From positions 18,643 to 82,642 of the forward strand of contig JBCFAO010000010.1 of the NCBI GenBank assembly GCA_038562165.1: DNA of 64,000 nucleotides. The letters run 5' to 3'. This DNA is from Clostridiales bacterium. GTDB taxonomy: Bacteria; Bacillota; Peptococcia; DRI-13; UBA5745. Shown here in pieces: positions 1 through 8,900 of this stretch. Numbering within the stretch: position 1 is the stretch's first letter; each line of letters begins with the position of its first letter. The notes under the pieces were generated by a model, which did not search any database, was not told the DNA's origin, and saw only the letters and a list, made by a program, of their open reading frames with translations. A program made the translations under genes and the position numbers.

Positions 1-950
1 ATATTATCAATCTTCATTTTATGCAGGCTGCCCATAGGCGTGACAAAATCCAAGGCCTTGCCGGGCTCATTGGTGTGAACATGAACTTTGCAGACACTGG
101 GATTGCCCACTACCAGCACGCAATCTCCCAGAGTATTGAGATAATCTCTGATTTTATCTAAATCGATTTGTCCTTCTTTGTCTTTAATAACAAACTCCGT
201 ACAATAACCAAAAGTGATTTCACCGGGGTTCATGAGCTGGTCTTCCACCATCAGGTTCTCCACATCATCATCGGAAGCAGCCAGGGTAGGATTAGCCGCA
301 GTGCTCTCTCCTTCCAAAACCTCTCCTCTCAGGCAAGCTAAAAAGCCTTCCAGAATAAAGAGAAAGCCTTGGCCGCCGGCATCAACCACACCGGCTTGCT
401 TTAAAATCGGCAGCATAGTGGGCGTCAGCTCCAAGGCCTTTAGCGCTTCTGCCGCCGCTCCGGCTATAATAGCTTCAATATCCGTAATTCCCTGCTCCAG
501 CACTTGGGCTCCGCCGGCCACCGCCCCTTCCGACACCGTCAGGATAGTGCCTTTAACAGGCTTCATTACCGCTTTATAAGCAGCCTTAACGCCGGCATCC
601 AGGGCCTCAATAAACGTCGCGCCGTCTATTTCCGCTTCTTCCCGGCAAACTGAGGCAAAGCCCGACAAAATCTGAGAAGAAATGACGCCGGAGTTGCCCC
701 TGGCTCCCAACAAAGCGCCTTGAGCCATAGCCTCGGCCCTGGCCCCAAAATGGTTGCGCTCCTCACCCTTTACCTGATCCAGGTTGCGGGCTGCCGACTG
801 CAGTGTCAGGCTCATATTGGTACCGGTATCGCCGTCGGGCACCGGAAAAACATTAAGGGCATCCACAATGCTTTTACGATGCTCCAGGTAGCGGCTGGCC
901 GCCCTGATCATTTCCGCCCATTTCTCACCGCTGATGGTCTGATTGTTCAA
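1..950 (-). CDS. DAK2-domain protein, fatty-acid kinase FakA/YloV-like (3' end cut by window edge)
   Basis: Own translation of the minus strand from TTG at 948-950 (GAGGTG 5 nt upstream): LNNQTISGEKWAEMIRAAS..VFPVPDGDTGTNM..GARGNSGVISSQI..AGVVDAGGQGF. The frame is open to position 1. It is absent from the ORF track because no stop lies in the window. Confidence 0.8.
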   Translation of the reverse strand, partial: MNNQTISGEKWAEMIRAASRYLEHRKSIVDALNVFPVPDGDTGTNMSLTLQSAARNLDQVKGEERNHFGARAEAMAQGALLGARGNSGVISSQILSGFASVCREEAEIDGATFIEALDAGVKAAYKAVMKPVKGTILTVSEGAVAGGAQVLEQGITDIEAIIAGAAAEALKALELTPTMLPILKQAGVVDAGGQGFLFILEGFLACLRGEVLEGESTAANPTLAASDDDVENLMVEDQLMNPGEITFGYCTEFVIKDKEGQIDLDKIRDYLNTLGDCVLVVGNPSVCKVHVHTNEPGKALDFVTPMGSLHKMKIDN

Positions 951-960
951 TTGTGTCACC

Positions 961-2574
961 TCAATTATGGTTTTGATTAATGACTGCCAACTCGGTTTCT
1001 ATGTCCTTGATTCTTGCAAGCAGTATTTCCAGGGTTTTTCGGTTCTGGCCGGGTATCCTGGCCAGAATATTGACTTGTTCACGAATGACGTCGAAAGCTT
1101 CGTTAAGCTCTGCCCGCAGGGCCCGCTCTTCCGGCAGCAGTTTCACCAGTTTGACTACTTCCGGACGTATCTTTTCGAGATCGTACTCCACGCCCATTTC
1201 CGGTACCAGCACCGGTAAGCCGGCTTCGTTCTCGATTTTTTTCTTTAATGTTTCGATGGCATCTTTTTCGCCATGAACTAAAAAAACCTGTTTTGGCAAA
1301 ACCTTATTATAGCCCTTTATCCAATCCATTAAGCCGAGCTGATCGGCATGGGCGGAAAAGCTGGGTATTTCACGGATCTCCGCTTCTACGGCAATCTCCT
1401 CGCCATGGATCCTGACCTTCTTTTCTCCCTCCACAATCCTGCGGCCCAAAGTACCCTCTCCCTGGTAGCCTACAAACAGTACCGTGGATTCCCGGCGCCA
1501 TAGATTATGCTTTAAATGATGTTTTATTCTGCCGGCTTCACACATGCCGCTGGCGGATATAATAATGGCGCCTTTTTTAATCTGATTGACCTTCATGGAT
1601 TCCTCTACGCTTTGCACATAATGAATTTGCTCATCCTCAAACAAGCTGGCGGCATGAGCCCCCTCCATTTCGGCAATGGCTTCGTCGTCGAAACATTCCG
1701 GATGCTCGATAAAAATTCTTGTGGCCTCTACCGCCATGGGGCTGTCGATATAAATATTGGTTTTGGGAATCTTGCCATCGTCCATTAATATCTTCAGAGT
1801 ATAGACTATGTCCTGGGTCCGCTCCACTGCAAAAGAGGGGATCACCAGGTTGCCGCCTTTGGCTAAAGTGTCAATGACGGCCTGGGCCAGCAGGTTCACC
1901 TTGTCTTTGACGTCCAAATGAATCCTGTTGCCGTAAGTGGATTCCATTACTACATAATCAGCAGAGTCGATCAAAGTAGGGTCTTTGAGAATGCTTTGAT
2001 TGACGTTGCCCAGATCGCCGCTAAAGACGATCTTTGTCTCCTTGCCCTTTTCCCAGACAAAAACTTCAATAATCGCCGCACCTAAAAGGTGGCCGGCTTC
2101 CTGAAAAACAATCCTGACGTCTTCACTGACTTGAATGGCCTGGCGAAAGGGCTTGCCCTCTATATACTTCATACAATCCTTGGCGTCCTGGGCTGTATAG
2201 ATTGGCTCCAAAAGAGGCTGGCCTGTCCGGGCCAGTTTGCGGTTTTTGCGCTCAACCTCATTCTCCTGGATGTAACCGCTGTCGGGCAAAACTACGCCGC
2301 AAAGCTGCTTAGTAGGCACCGTGGCATAGGTTTTTCCCGTAAAGCCCAGCTTGTAGAGCTTAGGCAAAAGACCGCAATGGTCCACATGGGCATGGGTCAG
2401 CAGTACAAAATCGATATCTTTAACGGAAAAGCTAAAGTCTCCATAGTTGTATTCCTTGATTGCCTTACTTCCCTGAAACATACCGCAGTCTATCAAAAAA
2501 CGGCTTTTCTCCGTATCCACCATAAAACAGGAACCGGTAACCGTCTGGGCAGCCCCCAAAAATTGAACACGCAT
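961..2574 (-). CDS. MBL-fold beta-CASP RNA-metabolising hydrolase (CPSF/RNase J-like)
   Basis: 537 aa. N-terminus MRVQFLGAAQTVTGSC, HAHVDHCG (HxHxDH) motif, and beta-CASP-like length and C-terminal region. Confidence 0.8.
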   Translation of the reverse strand: MRVQFLGAAQTVTGSCFMVDTEKSRFLIDCGMFQGSKAIKEYNYGDFSFSVKDIDFVLLTHAHVDHCGLLPKLYKLGFTGKTYATVPTKQLCGVVLPDSGYIQENEVERKNRKLARTGQPLLEPIYTAQDAKDCMKYIEGKPFRQAIQVSEDVRIVFQEAGHLLGAAIIEVFVWEKGKETKIVFSGDLGNVNQSILKDPTLIDSADYVVMESTYGNRIHLDVKDKVNLLAQAVIDTLAKGGNLVIPSFAVERTQDIVYTLKILMDDGKIPKTNIYIDSPMAVEATRIFIEHPECFDDEAIAEMEGAHAASLFEDEQIHYVQSVEESMKVNQIKKGAIIISASGMCEAGRIKHHLKHNLWRRESTVLFVGYQGEGTLGRRIVEGEKKVRIHGEEIAVEAEIREIPSFSAHADQLGLMDWIKGYNKVLPKQVFLVHGEKDAIETLKKKIENEAGLPVLVPEMGVEYDLEKIRPEVVKLVKLLPEERALRAELNEAFDVIREQVNILARIPGQNRKTLEILLARIKDIETELAVINQNHN

Positions 2575-2644
2575 AAGGCCCCTCCTTCAACAAGATTGAA
2601 TCAATATGATCAGTATATTTCATTTTAGTAGGTAATTGCAACTA

Positions 2645-2697
2645 GAAAAAATCCGGCTGCCGGGCGGTTGATTTGTTCCCGCCTGGGACAGCCGGAT
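2645..2697 (-). terminator. Intrinsic terminator downstream of the rubredoxin ORF
   Basis: Minus-strand hairpin ATCCGGCTG..GGCGG / CCGCC..CAGCCGGAT followed by TTTTTT (A-run 2645-2650 on plus). Confidence 0.55.
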
Positions 2698-2719
2698 TTT
2701 ATACCCTATGATTCCTGGT

Positions 2720-2881
2720 TTACTCCTGGACTTCAAACATATCTTTGCCGACGCCGCAAAGCGGGCAAACCCAATCCTCAGGAATGTCTTCAAAAGCCGT
2801 GCCGGGAGCAATACCGCTGTCGGCATCACCCACCTCCGGATCATAAACATACCCGCATGCTGTGCAAACATATTTTTTCAT
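2720..2881 (-). CDS. Rubredoxin (possible independent translation unit inside the 2720..3910 ORF)
   Basis: 53 aa: [53 protein letters not shown], with CxxCG...CPxCG. GGAGGAGGTG lies 5 nt before the ATG at 2879-2881. Confidence 0.85.
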   Translation of the reverse strand: MKKYVCTACGYVYDPEVGDADSGIAPGTAFEDIPEDWVCPLCGVGKDMFEVQE

Positions 2882-3910
2882 TTCTTCACCTCCTCCATTT
2901 ATTTCCTGGGAAATACTGTAATATTCTTTTTTGATTATATTTCTGATTTCCAGCCACAGCGCCCTGGCTGAAAAACGCCCGGCGGCAGGAGAAAGGGTGG
3001 GAAAGATACGCAGAAGATTTCTCATGCTGCGATGGTGGGAAGACTCCCGCTTTCTTTCTAAAAGCTGGCGGATATCCCGGTAAAAGCGGCGATAGGAAAG
3101 CTTGACCGCCCTTTCCTTTTGGTTGGCCGCCGCCGCTAATTCTCCCTTTAAAAGCCTCAAGGCAACCCGTAAATCCTCATTGGCCTGCTCGATCTTTTTC
3201 TGAAGAGTTTCTCCCTGGGCCGTTAAATTATGCAAAAGCTGGGCCTTGGCCTCATCGATGCCCCGGCGCCATTTTTCCCGGTGAAGCTGCTTATTTCTCT
3301 CGTATTCCTGAATTTTTTCTTCGTATTTCCTTTGTCTTTCTCCGATTTCCCTCTCCAGCTTTTCAGCATAAGCTTCCAACTCTTGTATCACCTTGCCGAA
3401 ATCGGCAGCCCGCCGCAAGGAGGCGGCCAGGTCCAAAAAGAAATAAAGCAGAAATAGACTTGTGATCATTAGCTGCCGCTGGGGAGCAAAAAGACTTACC
3501 AGCTTGGCCAGCCCGGGATGGACAAGCTTCATTACGACTACGCCCAGGACTCCCCAATAAAGGGAATTCAGCAGACAAACCCGGCCGGACAGATTGAATT
3601 TGTACTGGGAATAATCCCACCATTTAATTTTAAAAGCTCTCTCCAGCATCCATCCTGCTGCGTATTCCAGCAGCGAAAGCAAGAAAAAAGAGGCAATAAA
3701 AAGCAAGGCCGGATTGCCGCTGACTCCTTGCAGGATATAAACGATGATAATACCGCCGAAACCGTAAACCGGAAGAAAAGGACCGTGCAAAAAACCGCGG
3801 TTGACCCATTCCCCATCCAATACCCGCACATAACAACACTCTATTATCCATCCCAGAAAGGCGTAAGCCATGAAAAAAAACACACCCCTGATGACTGCTT
3901 CGCCGGGCAT
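2720..3910 (-). CDS. Multi-pass membrane protein (PF06541-like 'putative ABC-transporter type IV' N-domain) plus long coiled coil, reading in frame into a rubredoxin module
   Basis: 396-aa ORF. N-terminus [37 protein letters not shown] is typical of that family. The middle ~170 aa are K/E/R/Q/L-rich heptad-like sequence. No stop separates it from the rubredoxin. Confidence 0.65.
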   Translation of the reverse strand: MPGEAVIRGVFFFMAYAFLGWIIECCYVRVLDGEWVNRGFLHGPFLPVYGFGGIIIVYILQGVSGNPALLFIASFFLLSLLEYAAGWMLERAFKIKWWDYSQYKFNLSGRVCLLNSLYWGVLGVVVMKLVHPGLAKLVSLFAPQRQLMITSLFLLYFFLDLAASLRRAADFGKVIQELEAYAEKLEREIGERQRKYEEKIQEYERNKQLHREKWRRGIDEAKAQLLHNLTAQGETLQKKIEQANEDLRVALRLLKGELAAAANQKERAVKLSYRRFYRDIRQLLERKRESSHHRSMRNLLRIFPTLSPAAGRFSARALWLEIRNIIKKEYYSISQEINGGGEEMKKYVCTACGYVYDPEVGDADSGIAPGTAFEDIPEDWVCPLCGVGKDMFEVQE

Positions 3911-3962
3911 AGAACCACTCCATTTCTGGAATAAGTATACTATTTAATGCCTGACGATGCAA

Positions 3963-4082
3963 GGAAGGAATGCCAATCATTACTATTCGGGCCTTCCTTC
4001 CCGGAAGGAATGCCAATCATTACTATTCAGGCCTTCCTTCCCGGAAGGAATGCCAATCGTTACTATTCAGGCCTTCCTTTCC
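3963..4082. repeat. Three tandem copies of a 40-bp unit with internal dyad symmetry
   Basis: GGAAGGAATGCCAATCATTACTATTC(G/A)GGCCTTCCTTCCC starts at 3963, 4003 and 4043. GGAAGGAATGCC / GGCCTTCCTTCC are inverted repeats with 1 mismatch. Confidence 0.9.
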
Positions 4083-4086
4083 GGCA

Positions 4087-4848
4087 TTACTGCCAGGCAG
4101 CCAAGGCTCCGGCGGCCAGGAAAAACACTTGTTCCCGCAATTCCTTCTGCTCCATCCAGCCCCGGTTATCCCAAAGGGGACCGGCCAGGCTGTCGCCGCT
4201 ATAAAGAAGCTGGGCAAAATCCACTCCCCTGAAAAGGGCTACCGCCGCTAAAGCCGCACATTCCATATCCACCGATGTACAGCCTTGAGCTAACCGGCGT
4301 TCCTTGCGTTTTTTGGTTTCCCGGTAAAAGCCGTCGGTGGTCCAGGTCTTGACCCGGCTAAAGGCATAGCCTTTAGCGGTAAGGCTTTGGCAAATGCATT
4401 CAACCCCCGCTGCCGATAAAACCACTTCCTCCCCGGGGGGCAGGTAATGGTAAGAGGCGCCCTCATCCCGCACCGCACTTTCCGGCACCATCAAAGCGCC
4501 TACGGGCCTGTCAGCCACCAAAACGCCGGCGCCGCCGCAGGCCATTATCCGTTTTGCCCCCCAGGCAATTAAACGCTCCTCCATCAATATGCTGTAAGAA
4601 GCGCCGCAGCCGGGATGTATGACCCCTAAAGTCCGGCCTTCCCATTCTAAGGTGTATAGCTTGTTAGGCCCGTTTTCCGTGGGGTGGATATGGCAGACCT
4701 TTAGCTTGCCTTCTCCTTCCAGCTTCTCCAAGACATCCTTAAAAAAACAAAGCAGTACATTTGGCGGCAGATCCGCCGGTCCTTTGGCCCGTCCCGGCTC
4801 AATAATTGCTTCTCTTGCATCGTCAAATTCCAGTATAGGAAAGGTCAC
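4087..4848 (-). CDS. Nucleoside phosphorylase family protein (PNP_UDP_1, uridine-phosphorylase-like)
   Basis: 253 aa with ..GCGASYSILMEE..ACGGAGVL..VDMECAAL.. motifs. The start overlaps the stop of the upstream gene by 4 nt. Confidence 0.65.
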   Translation of the reverse strand: MTFPILEFDDAREAIIEPGRAKGPADLPPNVLLCFFKDVLEKLEGEGKLKVCHIHPTENGPNKLYTLEWEGRTLGVIHPGCGASYSILMEERLIAWGAKRIMACGGAGVLVADRPVGALMVPESAVRDEGASYHYLPPGEEVVLSAAGVECICQSLTAKGYAFSRVKTWTTDGFYRETKKRKERRLAQGCTSVDMECAALAAVALFRGVDFAQLLYSGDSLAGPLWDNRGWMEQKELREQVFFLAAGALAAWQ

Positions 4849-5933
4849 TGCCCCTCCGCCTCCTTCTCCGTATAAGCTAATACAAAGTAACTGGTAACCT
4901 CCTGGCCGGCTATTCCCGTCAGCCGGCCGGTATTGGTATGGGCCATGACCGCCGGCCCGGTCAGCGCCCGGTCAAGACTATAACGGACCATAGCCGCCAC
5001 CAGAGTAGGACTGTCCAGATAATCGCTGCTTAAGCCGGCCAGAGTGCGCCAATCACCTTTTTCAAGGAGTTGAGCGGTTTTCTCATCGTACCTGGCTGCC
5101 TCATCAGCCTTTTGGTGATGGGAAAAATCCACGGAGATCAAGAGCAATCCATCCTCTTCCAGCCAAGGGTCCAATACCCCAAGGAGCTTTTCCAGATCCT
5201 TCATTGGGTATTGATAATGAAAAAGCAGCGGTACAACCGGTGTGTCCGGCAAAAATTTGGCCAGCCAGGGAATAACCATGCCTAAGCTGTGCTCTTGGGG
5301 AAAGCATTCCACAGCCTCTGCCGCCAAGCCCTCCCGGAGCAGGGCGGCAATAATCTCTTTTTGAGGCTCTACCCTGCCATAGGCCGTCTGCCAGCCGGCA
5401 GAGGTCACAGCGGCGGCGGGGCCGATATTTTGATGATTTGGCCCCATCAGAATGATAACGCCGGGTTTTTCCTGCCGGCCGGCCAACTCTTCCAAGGCAT
5501 GGATGGTTAATCCTGCCGCCGGCAAATGGTGGGGCAGGGTCAGGCAGCGGATACGGCCCCCTTCCGCCCCGTCCTTTAAATGGATGGCCCAGCGGTCTTC
5601 CTTCGCCATAGCCAGGGCCTCCTCCATCTGGCGGCGGTTAAGGTGCTGGCCGGTATCGATGATCTCGCCAGGAGACTGATTGCCGGCAGGGGCAGTAAGA
5701 GCGGCCCCTGGATCTGTATTGTCCGCGGTGCTGCTTCTGCCGCTGCTGCCGCCCTCGCTAAAGCCGCCAGCACCGTCGCCGCCGCTATTGACGCTGTCCC
5801 CGGCCCCTGTACTGCTATCGCCCGCTTGGGCCAGAGCGGCCAAGCGGATCAAGAGGAACAAAACGGCCAAAAGCAGAATCAGGACCGGCAGCGCCCGCCG
5901 GCCCTTCAATTTATTCCCTATCCTGTTCGTCAT
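4845..5933 (-). CDS. Memo-like (AmmeMemoRadiSam system protein B family) protein with N-terminal membrane anchor and G/S/D-rich linker
   Basis: 362 aa. TM segment ALPVLILLLAVLFLLIRLAALA, low-complexity linker, then MGPNHQN..WQTAYG..EHSLGM..VDFSHH.. typical of the Memo/dioxygenase-B fold. Confidence 0.6.
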   Translation of the reverse strand: MTNRIGNKLKGRRALPVLILLLAVLFLLIRLAALAQAGDSSTGAGDSVNSGGDGAGGFSEGGSSGRSSTADNTDPGAALTAPAGNQSPGEIIDTGQHLNRRQMEEALAMAKEDRWAIHLKDGAEGGRIRCLTLPHHLPAAGLTIHALEELAGRQEKPGVIILMGPNHQNIGPAAAVTSAGWQTAYGRVEPQKEIIAALLREGLAAEAVECFPQEHSLGMVIPWLAKFLPDTPVVPLLFHYQYPMKDLEKLLGVLDPWLEEDGLLLISVDFSHHQKADEAARYDEKTAQLLEKGDWRTLAGLSSDYLDSPTLVAAMVRYSLDRALTGPAVMAHTNTGRLTGIAGQEVTSYFVLAYTEKEAEGQ

Positions 5934-5974
5934 ATGTTTTATCCGTAATCCTAAACAAAATGCTAAACGAAATC

Positions 5975-8900
5975 CTAATGAATATAAACTCTGCCGGCGG
6001 CGGTGACCGCCATTTGATTGGACAGGCGGGAGTGGACCAGCATGGCCGGTTCGGCCAGATAGCTGCCGGGCATAGCCACCCGCACTGAGTATTGCAGCCT
6101 GCCTTCCAGAGCCTCCTGACCCTTATATAGTCCGAAGGTCAGCCGGTTGCCCTCTTCCTTCAAGAACCAGACATCGGGATAAGACCCCTCTGCTTTTTGC
6201 TGCAGATCCAGAGTGACGTAACGTAAACCTGTAGGCAAATAATCAACAATATTGTAGCTGCCGTCTGGAGCCGAGGCGTCAATGCGGTAATCAATGACTA
6301 CCTGAATCTTGCCGTTCATGGGCAGGCTCCATTTTTCCTGATTGCTGACCCGGTAGCTGCGGCTGATTTGCAGATATTCGGCGGCGTTAGGGGCAGGTTC
6401 AGGATAGCCCGGTTTTTGGTATTGGGATTCGGCAATGATGGAACCGCTGACCTGGCTGATGCTGATGGACTGCCGCTGCTCCGGCGTCAATAATAAGGTA
6501 TAGCTGGGGGTTTTCGTTAAATCCACCATGGTTTCTTCCCCGTCCAACGTATAAGTAAAGCTGGCGGTATCGCCGATCTTCTCGCAAGCTGCGCGTAAGT
6601 AAACCAACTGTTCCAACAGAAAATACTCTTTTTCACTGGGGTTTTCCAATAGGTAGCGGTAAAGCCCGGCGCTTTCCGGCAGATCAAGAACTGCCGCCAC
6701 CACCGCCATCTGGGCTGTGGCCTCCAGGATTGCCGTCCTGTCGTCGCTGACGGCAGCCCGGTAGAGACCGCCACCCAAATCCTCTGCCCAGACAGCCACT
6801 AAGTTTTGAGCATAAGTGAGGGCTTCATTGCCGCTGCCGGCAAAAATCAAGGCGCAAACCAAATTCAACTGTTGCTTGCCGGTAAGCTCCTGCCCTTGAT
6901 AACGGTTTTCCTGTAAAGCCTGACGGATCTGGGACAGCACCGGCTGGCCGCTGGCTGCCGCTCCCCACAAGGCCATGGTTGGATCGATGCCTTTGTCTGC
7001 CCCGTTCTCCAATAAGTCCATAAAATACATAGCCAAAGCATCCCGGGAAAAATACCGGCCGCCGGCGGCAGCCGCCCAAAGGCTGGTGTAGATATCCGAT
7101 TGGCCGTAGGGCAAAAAGGCAATGCCACCGTCCGGGTTCTGATAGCGCAGAATTTGCTCCTGTTCCTCTTTGACGGCTGCCGGCATGGTATTCCACCAAT
7201 CAATTTGAAAATGCTTTTTCAGCAGTGTTCTGGCTTCCAGAGCTGCCAGCCGCTGTTCTACCCTTACGGAGGCCTGACCTGCCAGCAAGTGCAGTCCCTG
7301 CAAAGCCTGGTTTCTTGCCTGGTCGCTGAAAACCACCGTCGTCATGCCCTCGTCATCCCCCAGAGGCAGGTAATTGTTTTCCAAAGCGATCTCTTCACGG
7401 GCAGTATAGCTTTGCCGGCTTTTAACCACATGGAAAAGCTGGGTAACGCTGTCGCTGTGATTATCATATTTGCTGTGGACCTGCAGTGTATAATCACCTG
7501 CAGCCATGGCCGGCAAAGACAGCTCCTGCCAGCTAAAAGCCGGGCCCGACAATGTCCGGCTGAATCCCGTCTCGGGGATGTTGACCGTCCACTCCACCGG
7601 CAAAGAACTCTCCTGGCTGATAAGGGTGCCTGCCGAACGCAAGCCGAGTATGGGTTCGTCCTGATCCAAAATAGGACCGTTAAAACGGATATCCGTAAAA
7701 AAGGGCAAGCTGACGCTGATAGCAGCCGAACCGCTGCCGGCCCAAATATCCGGCTTATAGGCCTGCCAAACCACCCGCCAGGTGGTGATATTATCGGGCA
7801 GGGTAAACTCTGTACGGATCAGACCGTTTTTGTCCGTATAAAGCGTACGGAAAATTACGGTGTCCCTGAATTCCTCCCGGTAGCCGTCTCCTTCGCCCCC
7901 CTCAGCCATATTGCCGCCGCCGCCGTCGGGATGGCTCAAAGTCGTCTTGTAATTGAAATCATACAGATTTCCTAAAAACACTTGCCAGCCCATGTTGACC
8001 CATTGCTCCTGAACGGAAAGCAGAGCTTCGTCAATGAGATTAAGGCTGATAACCCCCTCTACCGGCCGGTTGGCGGCATCGGTGAGCTTCAAATCCATGA
8101 CCACCGTCTCGCCGGGCCGGTACTGGGCCTTATCCGTTTTGATCTCCACGTTGAGCTCTCGCTCAGCCGGGTCCATGGTGGCTTGAGCCGCATAAGCCGC
8201 CGGCAGATACTTGCGGCCATCAAAATATACGGCCATTATATTGGCGCCGGGAATATCTTCCGCACTGAAACGGAAACTATAGGCGTTTTCTGCACTTACC
8301 TGGTAGTGCTTGATTTTTTCCCGGGCTTTGAAAAAGAGGTAGCGGCCTTCCCCTTGCAAGGGAGCCTGATCTTCATAGAGCTTAAACGTGGCCTCTTCTC
8401 CCAGAAGACAGTGTGCTTTGCCATCGTCCTTTTGGATCCAAAGCCAATGATAAATATAAGGGTTAATCTCTTGGGAAAGCATTTGAGCCGGCGGCAAATA
8501 GAACAGGCGTTTGACCTCCCGGCCTGAACGGTCCTTAAAGGAAATCGCCAATTGGTAGCCATCACCATAAGCCAATTGGCCGCGGAAGGTCTGCTCTCCG
8601 GAACCATCATAGGTCCAATGCAATGTATCTTCCGGAATTTCTTCCAGGCGGTAATCATACACGGGCTCCATTTGCTTGCTGTAGGGATTATATTTCTGTC
8701 CCGTCTCTATCTTATGCCAATACTGGCGTATCAAGGCAGCCTCCATGACCAGGTTGCCGCCGTAAGGCGCCAAAGCCTGATCCTGCAAATCCCCTTCCCA
8801 ATCGGTAATGCGGCTTAGATCCACATCAAAAGCTTTAAGATCGATGGTAAATTCACCGGTCTCCGATGCCGTCCTTTGTACCCGGCCCGCAATTTCCAGA

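Noticed and set aside
214-980. Plus-strand ORFs 214..579 and 720..980.
   Set aside because: They are antisense to the DAK2/FakA-like gene, which translates cleanly on the minus strand with family motifs.
3947-4251. Three overlapping plus-strand ORFs (3947..4204, 3957..4232, 3970..4251) across the 40-bp repeats.
   Set aside because: They are an artefact of an open frame in tandem-repeat DNA. The repeated peptide blocks simply mirror the repeat, there is no SD, and they run antisense into the phosphorylase-like gene.
7253-7264. Possible thioester site in the A2M-like protein.
   Set aside because: The sequence reads RVEQ, not CxEQ, and no CxEQ occurs anywhere in the 1723 aa. SGEQ near the middle lacks the Cys and lies before the A2M block. 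The protein is best treated as thioester-less.
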